A DNA stretch of 64,000 nt from an uncultured Candidatus Rokubacteria bacterium (GTDB lineage: Bacteria; Methylomirabilota; Methylomirabilia; Rokubacteriales; DASRDR01): the NCBI GenBank assembly GCA_963805625.1, contig CAWDVE010000019.1, positions 512,001 through 576,000 of the forward strand. The letters run 5' to 3'. This document shows, in pieces, positions 47,047 through 54,659 of this stretch (position 1 is its first letter; each line of letters begins with the position of its first letter). A program made the position numbers and the translations under genes. The notes beneath the pieces are model-generated. The model was not told the DNA's origin, did not search any database, and worked only from the letters and a program-made list of their open reading frames with translations.

Positions 47047-47222
47047 GGGGGTGTCGGAGGGCGGGGCTTGCCAGGGTCCAGCTCCTCAGGCCACCCGATT
47101 ACGTTCTTGTCGTCCCGCCACTGGACCATGAGCGCCGCGCGATCGGAAGGCCGTCCTTGTTCGCCCGGGGGGCTGCCGATATGAATCAGTCCGCCGACCG
47201 CACGGTCACGATCAAAACTCAC
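47031..47222 (-). pseudogene. C-terminal remnant of a branched-chain-amino-acid-type ABC substrate-binding protein
   Basis: MVQWRDDKNVIGWPEELDPGKPRPPTPPWNQR resembles the QWQ...VWP...P.PPW C-terminus of LivJ-like proteins (recalled, not searched). Confidence 0.5.
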
Positions 47223-47275
47223 AAAGCCGAGGCCAACGATGGTGTCGCTGGTCTTCTTGGCGACGTAAATTCATT

Positions 47276-48244
47276 CTACTTGGTAACCCCGGCCTCTCTC
47301 ATCAGCACGCCCATCAACTCATCCTGCTCCGCCAGGAACTTGCTGAAATCGGCCGATCCCTTGTACAGGATACGGAAGGGACCATGATTCATGAGATCCA
47401 CGAACTCCTTGCTTCTGACGATCCTGCCGACAGCCTTCTCGTATACAGCCACGATTTCCGGTGAAGTGCCCTTGGGCAAAGCGATACCGCGCCACGTCCC
47501 CGTGCTGTAGTTGAGGCCCAACTCCTTCAACGTGGGGACGTTCGGGAAGGCCGGATCTCGCTTCTCCGCCATGGTCGCCAGGGCGCGAACTTTCCCGGCC
47601 TCGATCAGTGCGCGGCCCTCGACGAGGCTGGCCGTTACGACCTTTACACGGCCCGCGACCAGATCATCCAATGCGGTGGCTGCGCCCGTACTCGGGACGA
47701 ACGGCAAGGCATCAACCGGGATTCCTGCAGTCTTGAGCATGCCCGCCCGGGCCAGGTCCCAGATCCCGCCCTTGGCGGCTCCAGCGGCCCAAACTTTGCC
47801 CGGATTCGATTTCACGTAATCCAGGAGGTCTCTCAGCGTTTTCCAATCAGACGTGGTGGCAACTTGTACGCCGGCAGCATCGAGGTTGAGCAGGGCCACC
47901 GGCGTGAAGTCCTTGTAGGTGGGGATCTGTCGGAGAGGCGTCAAGTCCGTCCAGTGCAGCATGGCCAGGTCGACCGTCACCATCGTGATGGTATGGCCGT
48001 CCGGAGCAGCCGTTGCGCCAGCGGTATGGCCCAGCATGCCGCCGCCACCCTCGCGATTGACGACGGTGACCGGCTGGCCGAGCTCCTTCTCGAGGAGGGG
48101 CGCCATCATCCGGGCGATCCGATCTGTGCCGCCGCCCGCTGTCCAGGGAACGATGAATTGGACGGGTCGGCTGGGCACCTTTGGCTGAGCTGAGGCAAGC
48201 GCTGGCCATGTTGCAACCAGCGCAAGAGCCAAGATCGCAATCAC
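47276..48244 (-). CDS. tripartite tricarboxylate transporter substrate-binding protein (TctC/Bug)
   Basis: IVPWTAGGGTD, VVNREGGGG, APDGHT, VPTLKELG, WRGIALPKGT. Confidence 0.9.
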   Translation of the reverse strand: MIAILALALVATWPALASAQPKVPSRPVQFIVPWTAGGGTDRIARMMAPLLEKELGQPVTVVNREGGGGMLGHTAGATAAPDGHTITMVTVDLAMLHWTDLTPLRQIPTYKDFTPVALLNLDAAGVQVATTSDWKTLRDLLDYVKSNPGKVWAAGAAKGGIWDLARAGMLKTAGIPVDALPFVPSTGAATALDDLVAGRVKVVTASLVEGRALIEAGKVRALATMAEKRDPAFPNVPTLKELGLNYSTGTWRGIALPKGTSPEIVAVYEKAVGRIVRSKEFVDLMNHGPFRILYKGSADFSKFLAEQDELMGVLMREAGVTK

Positions 48245-48477
48245 CGCTCGGATTCTGATCCAGTGTCGCAGGGCTCTTCCTCGCTAGTCTTAGTAACGCG
48301 CCATTTGGACGACAGCGCCCTTCTGGTCTTGGTGTGCTTCAAGCGGCGCCGGTCGCCCAGGTGCATCGGATTGGCCAGCTTCGCGTACTTCCGGAAGGTC
48401 GGCGATACAAGTGCTCTGTCTGCGACCCATACCCCCAGGCAAGCATAGCCCAGCCGCTGCGCGTTACCAAGAGAGCG

Positions 48478-49915
48478 TATCGCGCCATCTAAAATGTTAC
48501 CGAGCGGAAAGAGACGCGCCATCTGGAATGTAACCCTCGAGGGCCCCGTGGCCGGAGGAGGGTTACATGATGAGTCGCCGTGCGCGGTGGGAGGTCCTCA
48601 CGGCTGTCTACCCGCGCTACCGGGGCGCGGCCCGGGTCGAGCGGGGGAGGATCCTCGATGAGTTCTGTGAGACCACGGGCTACCAGCGCAAGTACGCGCT
48701 GCGGCTTCTCAACGGGCCGCCCCCGGGCCCCGAGCGGCCCCGTCGTCGGCGGCGCCCCGCCACGTACGGGCTGGCGGTGATCCAGGCGTTGACCGCGATC
48801 TGGGAGGCCGCGGGGTATCCCTGGTCTGTGCGGTTGAAGGCGCTGCTCCCCCTGTGGCTGCCCTGGGCACGCCGGCGCCTCCGGCTGTCCGCCACCGTGT
48901 GCCAGCAGCTCCGCGCGATCAGCCCCCGCCAGATCGACCGGCGCCTGGCCGCAACCAAGCGGCAGCGCACGACGCGCCGCTATGGCGGGACCCGACCGGG
49001 CACTCTCCTCAAGCACCACATTCCGCTGAAGACCGATCACTGGGATGTGACCGTGCCGGGCTTCACCGAGCTGGACTTGGTCGCGCATGCGGGCCATCGG
49101 GCCGATGGCGAGTTCGCCCATTCCCTGAACGTCACGGACATCCACACCACCTGGGTGGAGACCCGGGCGGTCCTCGGCCGCGGCGAACGCGGCGTCCAGA
49201 CGGCCTTGGACGAGATCCGGCAGGTCCTGCCCTTCCGCCTCCGGGGGATCGACTCCGACAACGGGTCCGAGTTCATCAACCATCATCTCTACCGCTACTG
49301 CCAGGCGCAGGAGATCCAGTTCACACGCGGCCGACCGTACAAGAAGGACGACAACGCCCACATCGAGCAGAAGAACTGGACGCACGTCCGGAAGCTCGTA
49401 GGCTACTGGCGCTACGACACGCCGGCGGCGGTGACCGCGCTGAATGCGCTCTATCGGCACGAGCTCCGGCTCTTGCACAACCTCTTCCTGCCGTCGGTCA
49501 AACTCCTCAGCAAGGAACGGGTCGGCGCGCGGTTGCGCCGTCACTACGATGCTCCGCGCACGCCCCTCGAGCGGGTCCAGAGCTGCCCCGAGGCGGATTC
49601 CCAGGCGGTGCGCGAACTCGTCCGCCTACGCGATCAGCTGGATCCCTTCGCCCTGGCCGAGGCCATCGATCGGAAGATCGAGCGGCTCGTCGCCTTGGCC
49701 ACGCCCGCGCGGGTGGCGGGCGTGCCCATCCCCACGGCGGCGAACTTCCCGCCCATCATCCCGGCACCGCCGAAGCCGCACCCGGGCCGCCCGCCCGGCA
49801 CCCCGGACTTCACCTTTGCCAACCACCTACGCCGGCCCCAGGCTCGGTCTCCGAGGGTTACATGTTAGATGGCTCGACGATTCACCCCTCGGTATCTTTC
49901 TTAGATGGCTTGACA
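48478..49915 (+). mobile_element. insertion sequence with DDE (rve-type) transposase and multi-motif imperfect terminal inverted repeats
   Basis: Left end TATCGCGCCATCTAAAATGTTACCGAG...GCCATCTGGAATGTAACCCTCG matches the reverse complement of the right end TGTCAAGCCATCTAAGAAAGATACCGAG...GCCATCTAACATGTAACCCTCG. No clear target duplication. Confidence 0.75.
48567..49868 (+). CDS. DDE-type integrase/transposase
   Basis: ELDLVAH (D1), IDSDNGSEF (D2), RPYKKDDNAHIEQKN (E); N-terminal ILDEFC...GY.RKYA HTH. Confidence 0.9.
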   Translation: MMSRRARWEVLTAVYPRYRGAARVERGRILDEFCETTGYQRKYALRLLNGPPPGPERPRRRRRPATYGLAVIQALTAIWEAAGYPWSVRLKALLPLWLPWARRRLRLSATVCQQLRAISPRQIDRRLAATKRQRTTRRYGGTRPGTLLKHHIPLKTDHWDVTVPGFTELDLVAHAGHRADGEFAHSLNVTDIHTTWVETRAVLGRGERGVQTALDEIRQVLPFRLRGIDSDNGSEFINHHLYRYCQAQEIQFTRGRPYKKDDNAHIEQKNWTHVRKLVGYWRYDTPAAVTALNALYRHELRLLHNLFLPSVKLLSKERVGARLRRHYDAPRTPLERVQSCPEADSQAVRELVRLRDQLDPFALAEAIDRKIERLVALATPARVAGVPIPTAANFPPIIPAPPKPHPGRPPGTPDFTFANHLRRPQARSPRVTC

Positions 49916-50122
49916 GGGAGAGTGGCGCCAGGAGGGCGAGCCGAGGTAGAAGGAGTAGGCGCGATAGCTGTCCTTGTAGGCTTCGAAGCTGTTGGGCGCG
50001 CCGAGAGTGCACAGGGCGAGTAGCAGCACAGCGGGAACGAACAGGCGAGCAGCGTACGGCTCGAGCATCTCCCGGATGCGCCAGTGCGCCAGGATGACCG
50101 CGCTCGGAAACCCGCCGAGCAA

Positions 50123-50332
50123 TCAACCGGGCGAGCCCGGGCTCGAAGCAGAATCCGGACGCACGGGCGGTTGACGGCGGACGACCGTGACTACCACCTC
50201 GGACGGCTGGCTCTTCCGTCCGCGTGCATCGACGACCTCGAGCCGGAATCGGTGCCGGCCCAGCGGCAGTCCGGCATCGACGACCACTGTGGGCCTTCGG
50301 GTCTCAACGGGCCGGTTGGGCTCGAATCGCAT
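50123..50332 (-). CDS. small beta-rich protein (half PKD-like domain)
   Basis: LPLGRHRFRLEVVDARGRKSQP is homologous to the first half of the upstream protein. Confidence 0.7.
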   Translation of the reverse strand: MRFEPNRPVETRRPTVVVDAGLPLGRHRFRLEVVDARGRKSQPSEVVVTVVRRQPPVRPDSASSPGSPG

Positions 50333-50338
50333 ACCGGC

Positions 50339-50665
50339 CTATTGCACGAGGGTCCAGATGTACCGGACGATCGTGCCGCCGCCGACGTCCCGTGACTCCG
50401 TGCCGCTGAGCGTGAACTCCTGGCCGAAGGGCACGGTTCGCGGTGCGCTGATGATCGCCGACGGTGCTTGAGTATCCAGGACGACGACGCGTGCCTGCAC
50501 GGGCTGAGAACGGTTGCCCGAATCATCGATGACCTCGAGCTGGAAGATGTGGGCGCCCACCGGTAGCGGACGGCCGGGATCGACGGCGACGACCAGGGTC
50601 GCGTCGGGCGCGGCGGCTTCGACCGGCTGGTTCACTTGCAGGTCGGCGGACGTGATGCGCGGCAT
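50339..50665 (-). CDS. small PKD/Ig-like beta-sandwich protein, apparently circularly permuted
   Basis: AAAGGAG RBS; LPVGAHIFQLEVIDDSGNRSQP...APSAIISAPRTV...FTLSGTESRD...IVRYIWT. Confidence 0.75.
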   Translation of the reverse strand: MPRITSADLQVNQPVEAAAPDATLVVAVDPGRPLPVGAHIFQLEVIDDSGNRSQPVQARVVVLDTQAPSAIISAPRTVPFGQEFTLSGTESRDVGGGTIVRYIWTLVQ

Positions 50666-50752
50666 GGGCGTGGCTCCTTTCTGCGGGCCGGCGGCGACAC
50701 GGCTTCGCCGCATACCCTGAAGGACGTCGTCATCCGAGAGCCCGGTCCGGTG

Positions 50753-51388
50753 TCACGGGCGGCCGAGCGCCTGACGTACGACGGGCAGGAGGCGCTCGGC
50801 GAGGATCACCTGGCCCTGCTCGTCTGGGTGGAGCCCGTCGTAGGTGTGGCCGGGGACCACACCGTCGAGGAAGTCCTCGACCAGCGTCGCGCCCTCCGCC
50901 CGCGCGATCTTGCGGAGATGCCGTCGGTAGCCGTCGCCACCCACGCTGGGCAGACTGATGTGGACGAGGATCACGCCGGCCCCCTGCGACCGAATCCGCT
51001 GAGTGATCGTTCGGAGATTCGCGACGGTGCGCTCGGGTGGCCACTGTCCGAACATGTCGTTGACGCCCAGTTCGACGACGACCAGTCGGGGGCGGTGGGC
51101 CAGCACGTCCCGGTCGAGACGCAGTAGGCCCCCCTCGGTCGTGTCGCCCGAGATGCCCGCGTTGACGACGGGGAGCCCGAGCGCCTGTCCCAGCCGGTGC
51201 GGGAACGCCACGTCCTCGGAGAGCCGGTGTCCCGAGGTGATGCTGTCGCCGAGGAACACGACGGTCGGACCGATCGACGGCGCACCAGCCTCCTGGGACC
51301 GGCGCGTCGCGTGGGGCCACAGGGTCCAGCCGACGCCGATCAGGAGCACTGCGACCAGTAGGTACAGCACGCCTCGACGCGAGCCCAC
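50753..51388 (-). CDS. SGNH/GDSL hydrolase (TesA-like arylesterase)
   Basis: FLGDSIT, NAGISGDTT, ELGVND, DGLHP; N-terminal TM/signal. Confidence 0.88.
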   Translation of the reverse strand: MGSRRGVLYLLVAVLLIGVGWTLWPHATRRSQEAGAPSIGPTVVFLGDSITSGHRLSEDVAFPHRLGQALGLPVVNAGISGDTTEGGLLRLDRDVLAHRPRLVVVELGVNDMFGQWPPERTVANLRTITQRIRSQGAGVILVHISLPSVGGDGYRRHLRKIARAEGATLVEDFLDGVVPGHTYDGLHPDEQGQVILAERLLPVVRQALGRP

Positions 51389-51485
51389 GCTAGGATCTTG
51401 CGGCGATCCGGGATTTCGGGCAACCGGCGGCGGCGACGCCGGCCACGGCAGCGGTTCGCGGCGCCGCGTCTGGTACCATCGGGAC

Positions 51486-52340
51486 ATGGAGACCGGGCAA
51501 CCCGGCGAGCGAGTCGGCGCGCGGACGGGGGATGGCCATCCGTCGCTCGGCCGCCGGACCGTGCTCGGGATGGCGCTCGCGTGGGCGATCGCCCGTCCCC
51601 GCCGCGCCGCCGCAGAGACCGAGGCCCGCAAGGGCGCCTTCAGCGCGCGGGCCGCCATCCTCTTCGGCGCCTTCCGATTCGAGGAGAGCGGTGTCATCGA
51701 GGAGACGATCGACCGCGGCGCCGGTCGCTACGAGGTGCGGATCACCGGCGGGGGTCTGGAGATGACCACCGAGATCGAGTCAACCGGCATTCTTCGCGAG
51801 GGGCGCTGGGCGCCGCTCCGGTTCACGGACCGTTTCGTGGTCTACGGCCGGGAGTCGCGGCTCGAGATCACCTATGACCATGCGCGCCGTCTCGTCCAGT
51901 ACCGGGGCCGGAGCGAGACGTTTGTCCTCCGGCGCCTCCGGATGACGGACGACACGCTGGCGGTGCCCGCGGGCATGCACGTGGACGACGTCGTCAGCGC
52001 GACCCTGAACTACGCGGAGGGCCGGTGGCCGGCGGAGGCTGACGGCAGGCTCGTCACCCAGGTCGTGCGCCGACAGCGAACCCGGGGCGAGCGCCCGGAC
52101 GACGCGGAGCGTCGCTACCGTGCGGAGCTGGTGCCCTTCGAGCTCCGCGTGGGGTCGGACGCGAGCGGCCGGGCGACCGCGGTCCTGGACATGACGCCGT
52201 TCTCGTCGTGGGCGCGTGAGGAGGAGCCGGCGCGGATCGTCTTCGGCGCCGACCGGCGTCCCGAGTCGATCACCGCCACTCTCATCCTGGGAACCAGCCT
52301 GGCGATCAGGATCGGACCGGCGCCCGTCGTAGCCTCGTAG
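51486..52340 (+). CDS. hypothetical exported beta-rich protein, possible Tat signal
   Basis: GRRTVL...AAA signal-like segment followed by alternating beta strands. Confidence 0.65.
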   Translation: METGQPGERVGARTGDGHPSLGRRTVLGMALAWAIARPRRAAAETEARKGAFSARAAILFGAFRFEESGVIEETIDRGAGRYEVRITGGGLEMTTEIESTGILREGRWAPLRFTDRFVVYGRESRLEITYDHARRLVQYRGRSETFVLRRLRMTDDTLAVPAGMHVDDVVSATLNYAEGRWPAEADGRLVTQVVRRQRTRGERPDDAERRYRAELVPFELRVGSDASGRATAVLDMTPFSSWAREEEPARIVFGADRRPESITATLILGTSLAIRIGPAPVVAS

Positions 52341-52355
52341 GGCGCCCGACCGGCC

Positions 52356-54659
52356 CTACGCGGCCGGCAGGCGGATCGTGAACGTCGTGCCGCGCCCGAA
52401 CTCCGAGTCGACGTCGATGGTCCCGCCGTAGCTCGAGATGATGCCGGAGACGATGGAGAGCCCGAGCCCCGTTCCGCTTTCCTTGGTCGTGAAGAACGGC
52501 TCGAAGATCCGCCGCCGCACGTCCGGGGGGATGCCGGTTCCGGTATCGGTGATCGACAGCAGGACCCAGTCTCCCTCGTGGCGCGTCTCGAGGGTTATGG
52601 ACCCTCCCCGTGGCATGGCGTCGACCGAGTTCAGCACGAGGTTGATCAGGGCCTCGCGGAGCTCCGCTGCGCGGGCCTGGATTCCGGGCACCGAACCCAG
52701 CTGCTGAGTGACCATGATCGGCGTGCCCTTGAGGTCGCTCTGCGACCAGCGCGGCCGCACGATCTCGATCGCCTGGCGGACGACCTCTCTGAGGTCCACG
52801 TGCTCGAGCCGGCGATCGACGTCCCGGCGGGCGAAGCGCCGGATGCGGCCGACCGTCTCCACGCCATCGCGGACGGCCTGCTCGATCGTCGACAGACCCC
52901 GCTGGAGGCGCTCGGGTGAGGGCTCGCGGGCGATGAGCTGCGTGTGTCCGAGGATCGCCTGGAGCAGGTTTGTGAAGTCGTGGGCCATGCCCATGGCCAG
53001 CTGACCGAGAGCGGATAGCTTCTCGGACCGGGCCAGCTGCTCCTCCCACCGACGCTGCTCGGTGACGTCGCGGACGATCAGGAGAAGCCCCGTCTCCTGA
53101 CGCCCGCCCCAGGGGATGGGCGAGCAGGTCGCGGTGAGATCCTGGACGGCGCGGTCGCCCTCCGCCTGGAGGCGCAGCACCACCGTCCGGCTTGCCCGCG
53201 GGGCCGCCAGCACCGGCTCGAGCTGTACCATCACGGCCGGCGGCATCGCGTCGCCGACGAGCTTGCCGCGCGCTTCGTCGGTTCCGCGGCCGAACATGCG
53301 CTCGGCCGCGGGGTTCCACGTGACGACCCGGCCCGCCGGATCGACCGCCACGATGGACTCGGCCGCCGACTCGATGAGGTTCTCCAGGAACGACTTGGCC
53401 TCCGAGAGCTCCCGGTGCAGGTTCGCGTTCCGGACGATCAGGGCGACCGACTCCGAGAACATCCGGAGCAGTTCCCGCTCGCTCGGGTCGAGCTCGCGGC
53501 TGGTTCCGACGACAAGCGCACCGAGGTGCCGTCCCTGCGCGACCAGGGGGAAGACGGCCCGTTCGGCCGTCTCGCTCCCCGCCGGCTCTCCCGGGTCGAG
53601 GAGGACCTGGACGCGCTCGTAACCTGCGCCCTGCTGGAGGTGATCGGTGATCGCGGCGAGCGTCCGGTCGAGCGCGGGGTCGACGAGCACGGCCGTGGAG
53701 ATTTGCCGCAGGATCTCGCCCTGGACCGCTCTGAGCGACTGCTCCGAGGCCTGGCGGGCGGCGGCAGTGAGGAGGGCAGACGTGCGCACGGCCGTGACCA
53801 TCAGATCCATCACGGGCCGGAGGGCTGCGAGGTCAGTACCGCCGGGCGCCGTCCGGCGATGGTAGAGCGCGAGGTGGGCCCACACGCGAGGCAGCCCCTC
53901 GTCCACCGTCGGCACGACCATGGCCGCCTCGAAGCCAAGGGCATCGAGCTCGGCCGGCCACGGCAACGGCCAGGCGAGGCCCGGCCGGCTGCCGACGGGC
54001 TCCCGGACGCCGTGTAGCGCCGTCCGCCAGGCGGCAACCACCGCGTCGCCCACTGCCGCCGGCAGCTCGGAGTGCACGATCGCGGCCGGTTCCGTGCTCA
54101 GGAAGGACGCCGCGGCGGCACCCGTCACGCGCTGGGCTTCGTGCAGCATGGCGCGCAGGAGTCTGGCGAGGTCGCCTCCCTGCACGGGATCCCGCCGCTG
54201 CGCGAGATCACGCATCTTTCCGATCAAGGGCGCGAGCGCGACCCCCGGGCCTTCCGTGCGCTGTCGCCGTCGGGCGAGGGCCCGCTCCGCGGCTTCCTGG
54301 AGCTCCCGGGGCGCGAATGGCTTTACCAGGTAGTCCATCGCGCCGAATCGCATCGCCCGTTGGACCGTGTCGAGCGACGCGTAGGCCGTGATCATCACGA
54401 CCTCCACGCCGGCATCGATCGCCTTGACGCGCTCGAGGAGCTGGACGCCATCCATCCGCGGCATCTTCACGTCCATGAAGATCACGTCCGGGCGAAGCCC
54501 GGGCAGGACCGCCAGCACCTCCTCGCCGCTCCCGGCCGTGAAGACCTGGTAGCGCGGCTTGAGGATCATGCGGATGGCCTCGCGCGGGCCTTCCTCGTCG
54601 TCCACGACCAATACGCGCGGCTCGGTCATGCGGGAGCCCCCCCCTGGGTCTCGGCTCAC
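52356..54659 (-). CDS. hybrid kinase: REC - GAF-like - PAS - HisKA - HATPase
   Basis: VLVVDDE, MDVKMP, KPF; WNPAAERMFG; AHDFTNLL; NLVLNSVDA, DTGTGI, FFTTK.SGTGLGL. Confidence 0.88.
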   Translation of the reverse strand: MSRDPGGGSRMTEPRVLVVDDEEGPREAIRMILKPRYQVFTAGSGEEVLAVLPGLRPDVIFMDVKMPRMDGVQLLERVKAIDAGVEVVMITAYASLDTVQRAMRFGAMDYLVKPFAPRELQEAAERALARRRQRTEGPGVALAPLIGKMRDLAQRRDPVQGGDLARLLRAMLHEAQRVTGAAAASFLSTEPAAIVHSELPAAVGDAVVAAWRTALHGVREPVGSRPGLAWPLPWPAELDALGFEAAMVVPTVDEGLPRVWAHLALYHRRTAPGGTDLAALRPVMDLMVTAVRTSALLTAAARQASEQSLRAVQGEILRQISTAVLVDPALDRTLAAITDHLQQGAGYERVQVLLDPGEPAGSETAERAVFPLVAQGRHLGALVVGTSRELDPSERELLRMFSESVALIVRNANLHRELSEAKSFLENLIESAAESIVAVDPAGRVVTWNPAAERMFGRGTDEARGKLVGDAMPPAVMVQLEPVLAAPRASRTVVLRLQAEGDRAVQDLTATCSPIPWGGRQETGLLLIVRDVTEQRRWEEQLARSEKLSALGQLAMGMAHDFTNLLQAILGHTQLIAREPSPERLQRGLSTIEQAVRDGVETVGRIRRFARRDVDRRLEHVDLREVVRQAIEIVRPRWSQSDLKGTPIMVTQQLGSVPGIQARAAELREALINLVLNSVDAMPRGGSITLETRHEGDWVLLSITDTGTGIPPDVRRRIFEPFFTTKESGTGLGLSIVSGIISSYGGTIDVDSEFGRGTTFTIRLPAA

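Noticed and set aside
49901-50122. Short minus-strand ORF with a hydrophobic stretch running into the IS right end
   Set aside because: Could be a gene truncated by the IS, but there is no motif or RBS to support it.
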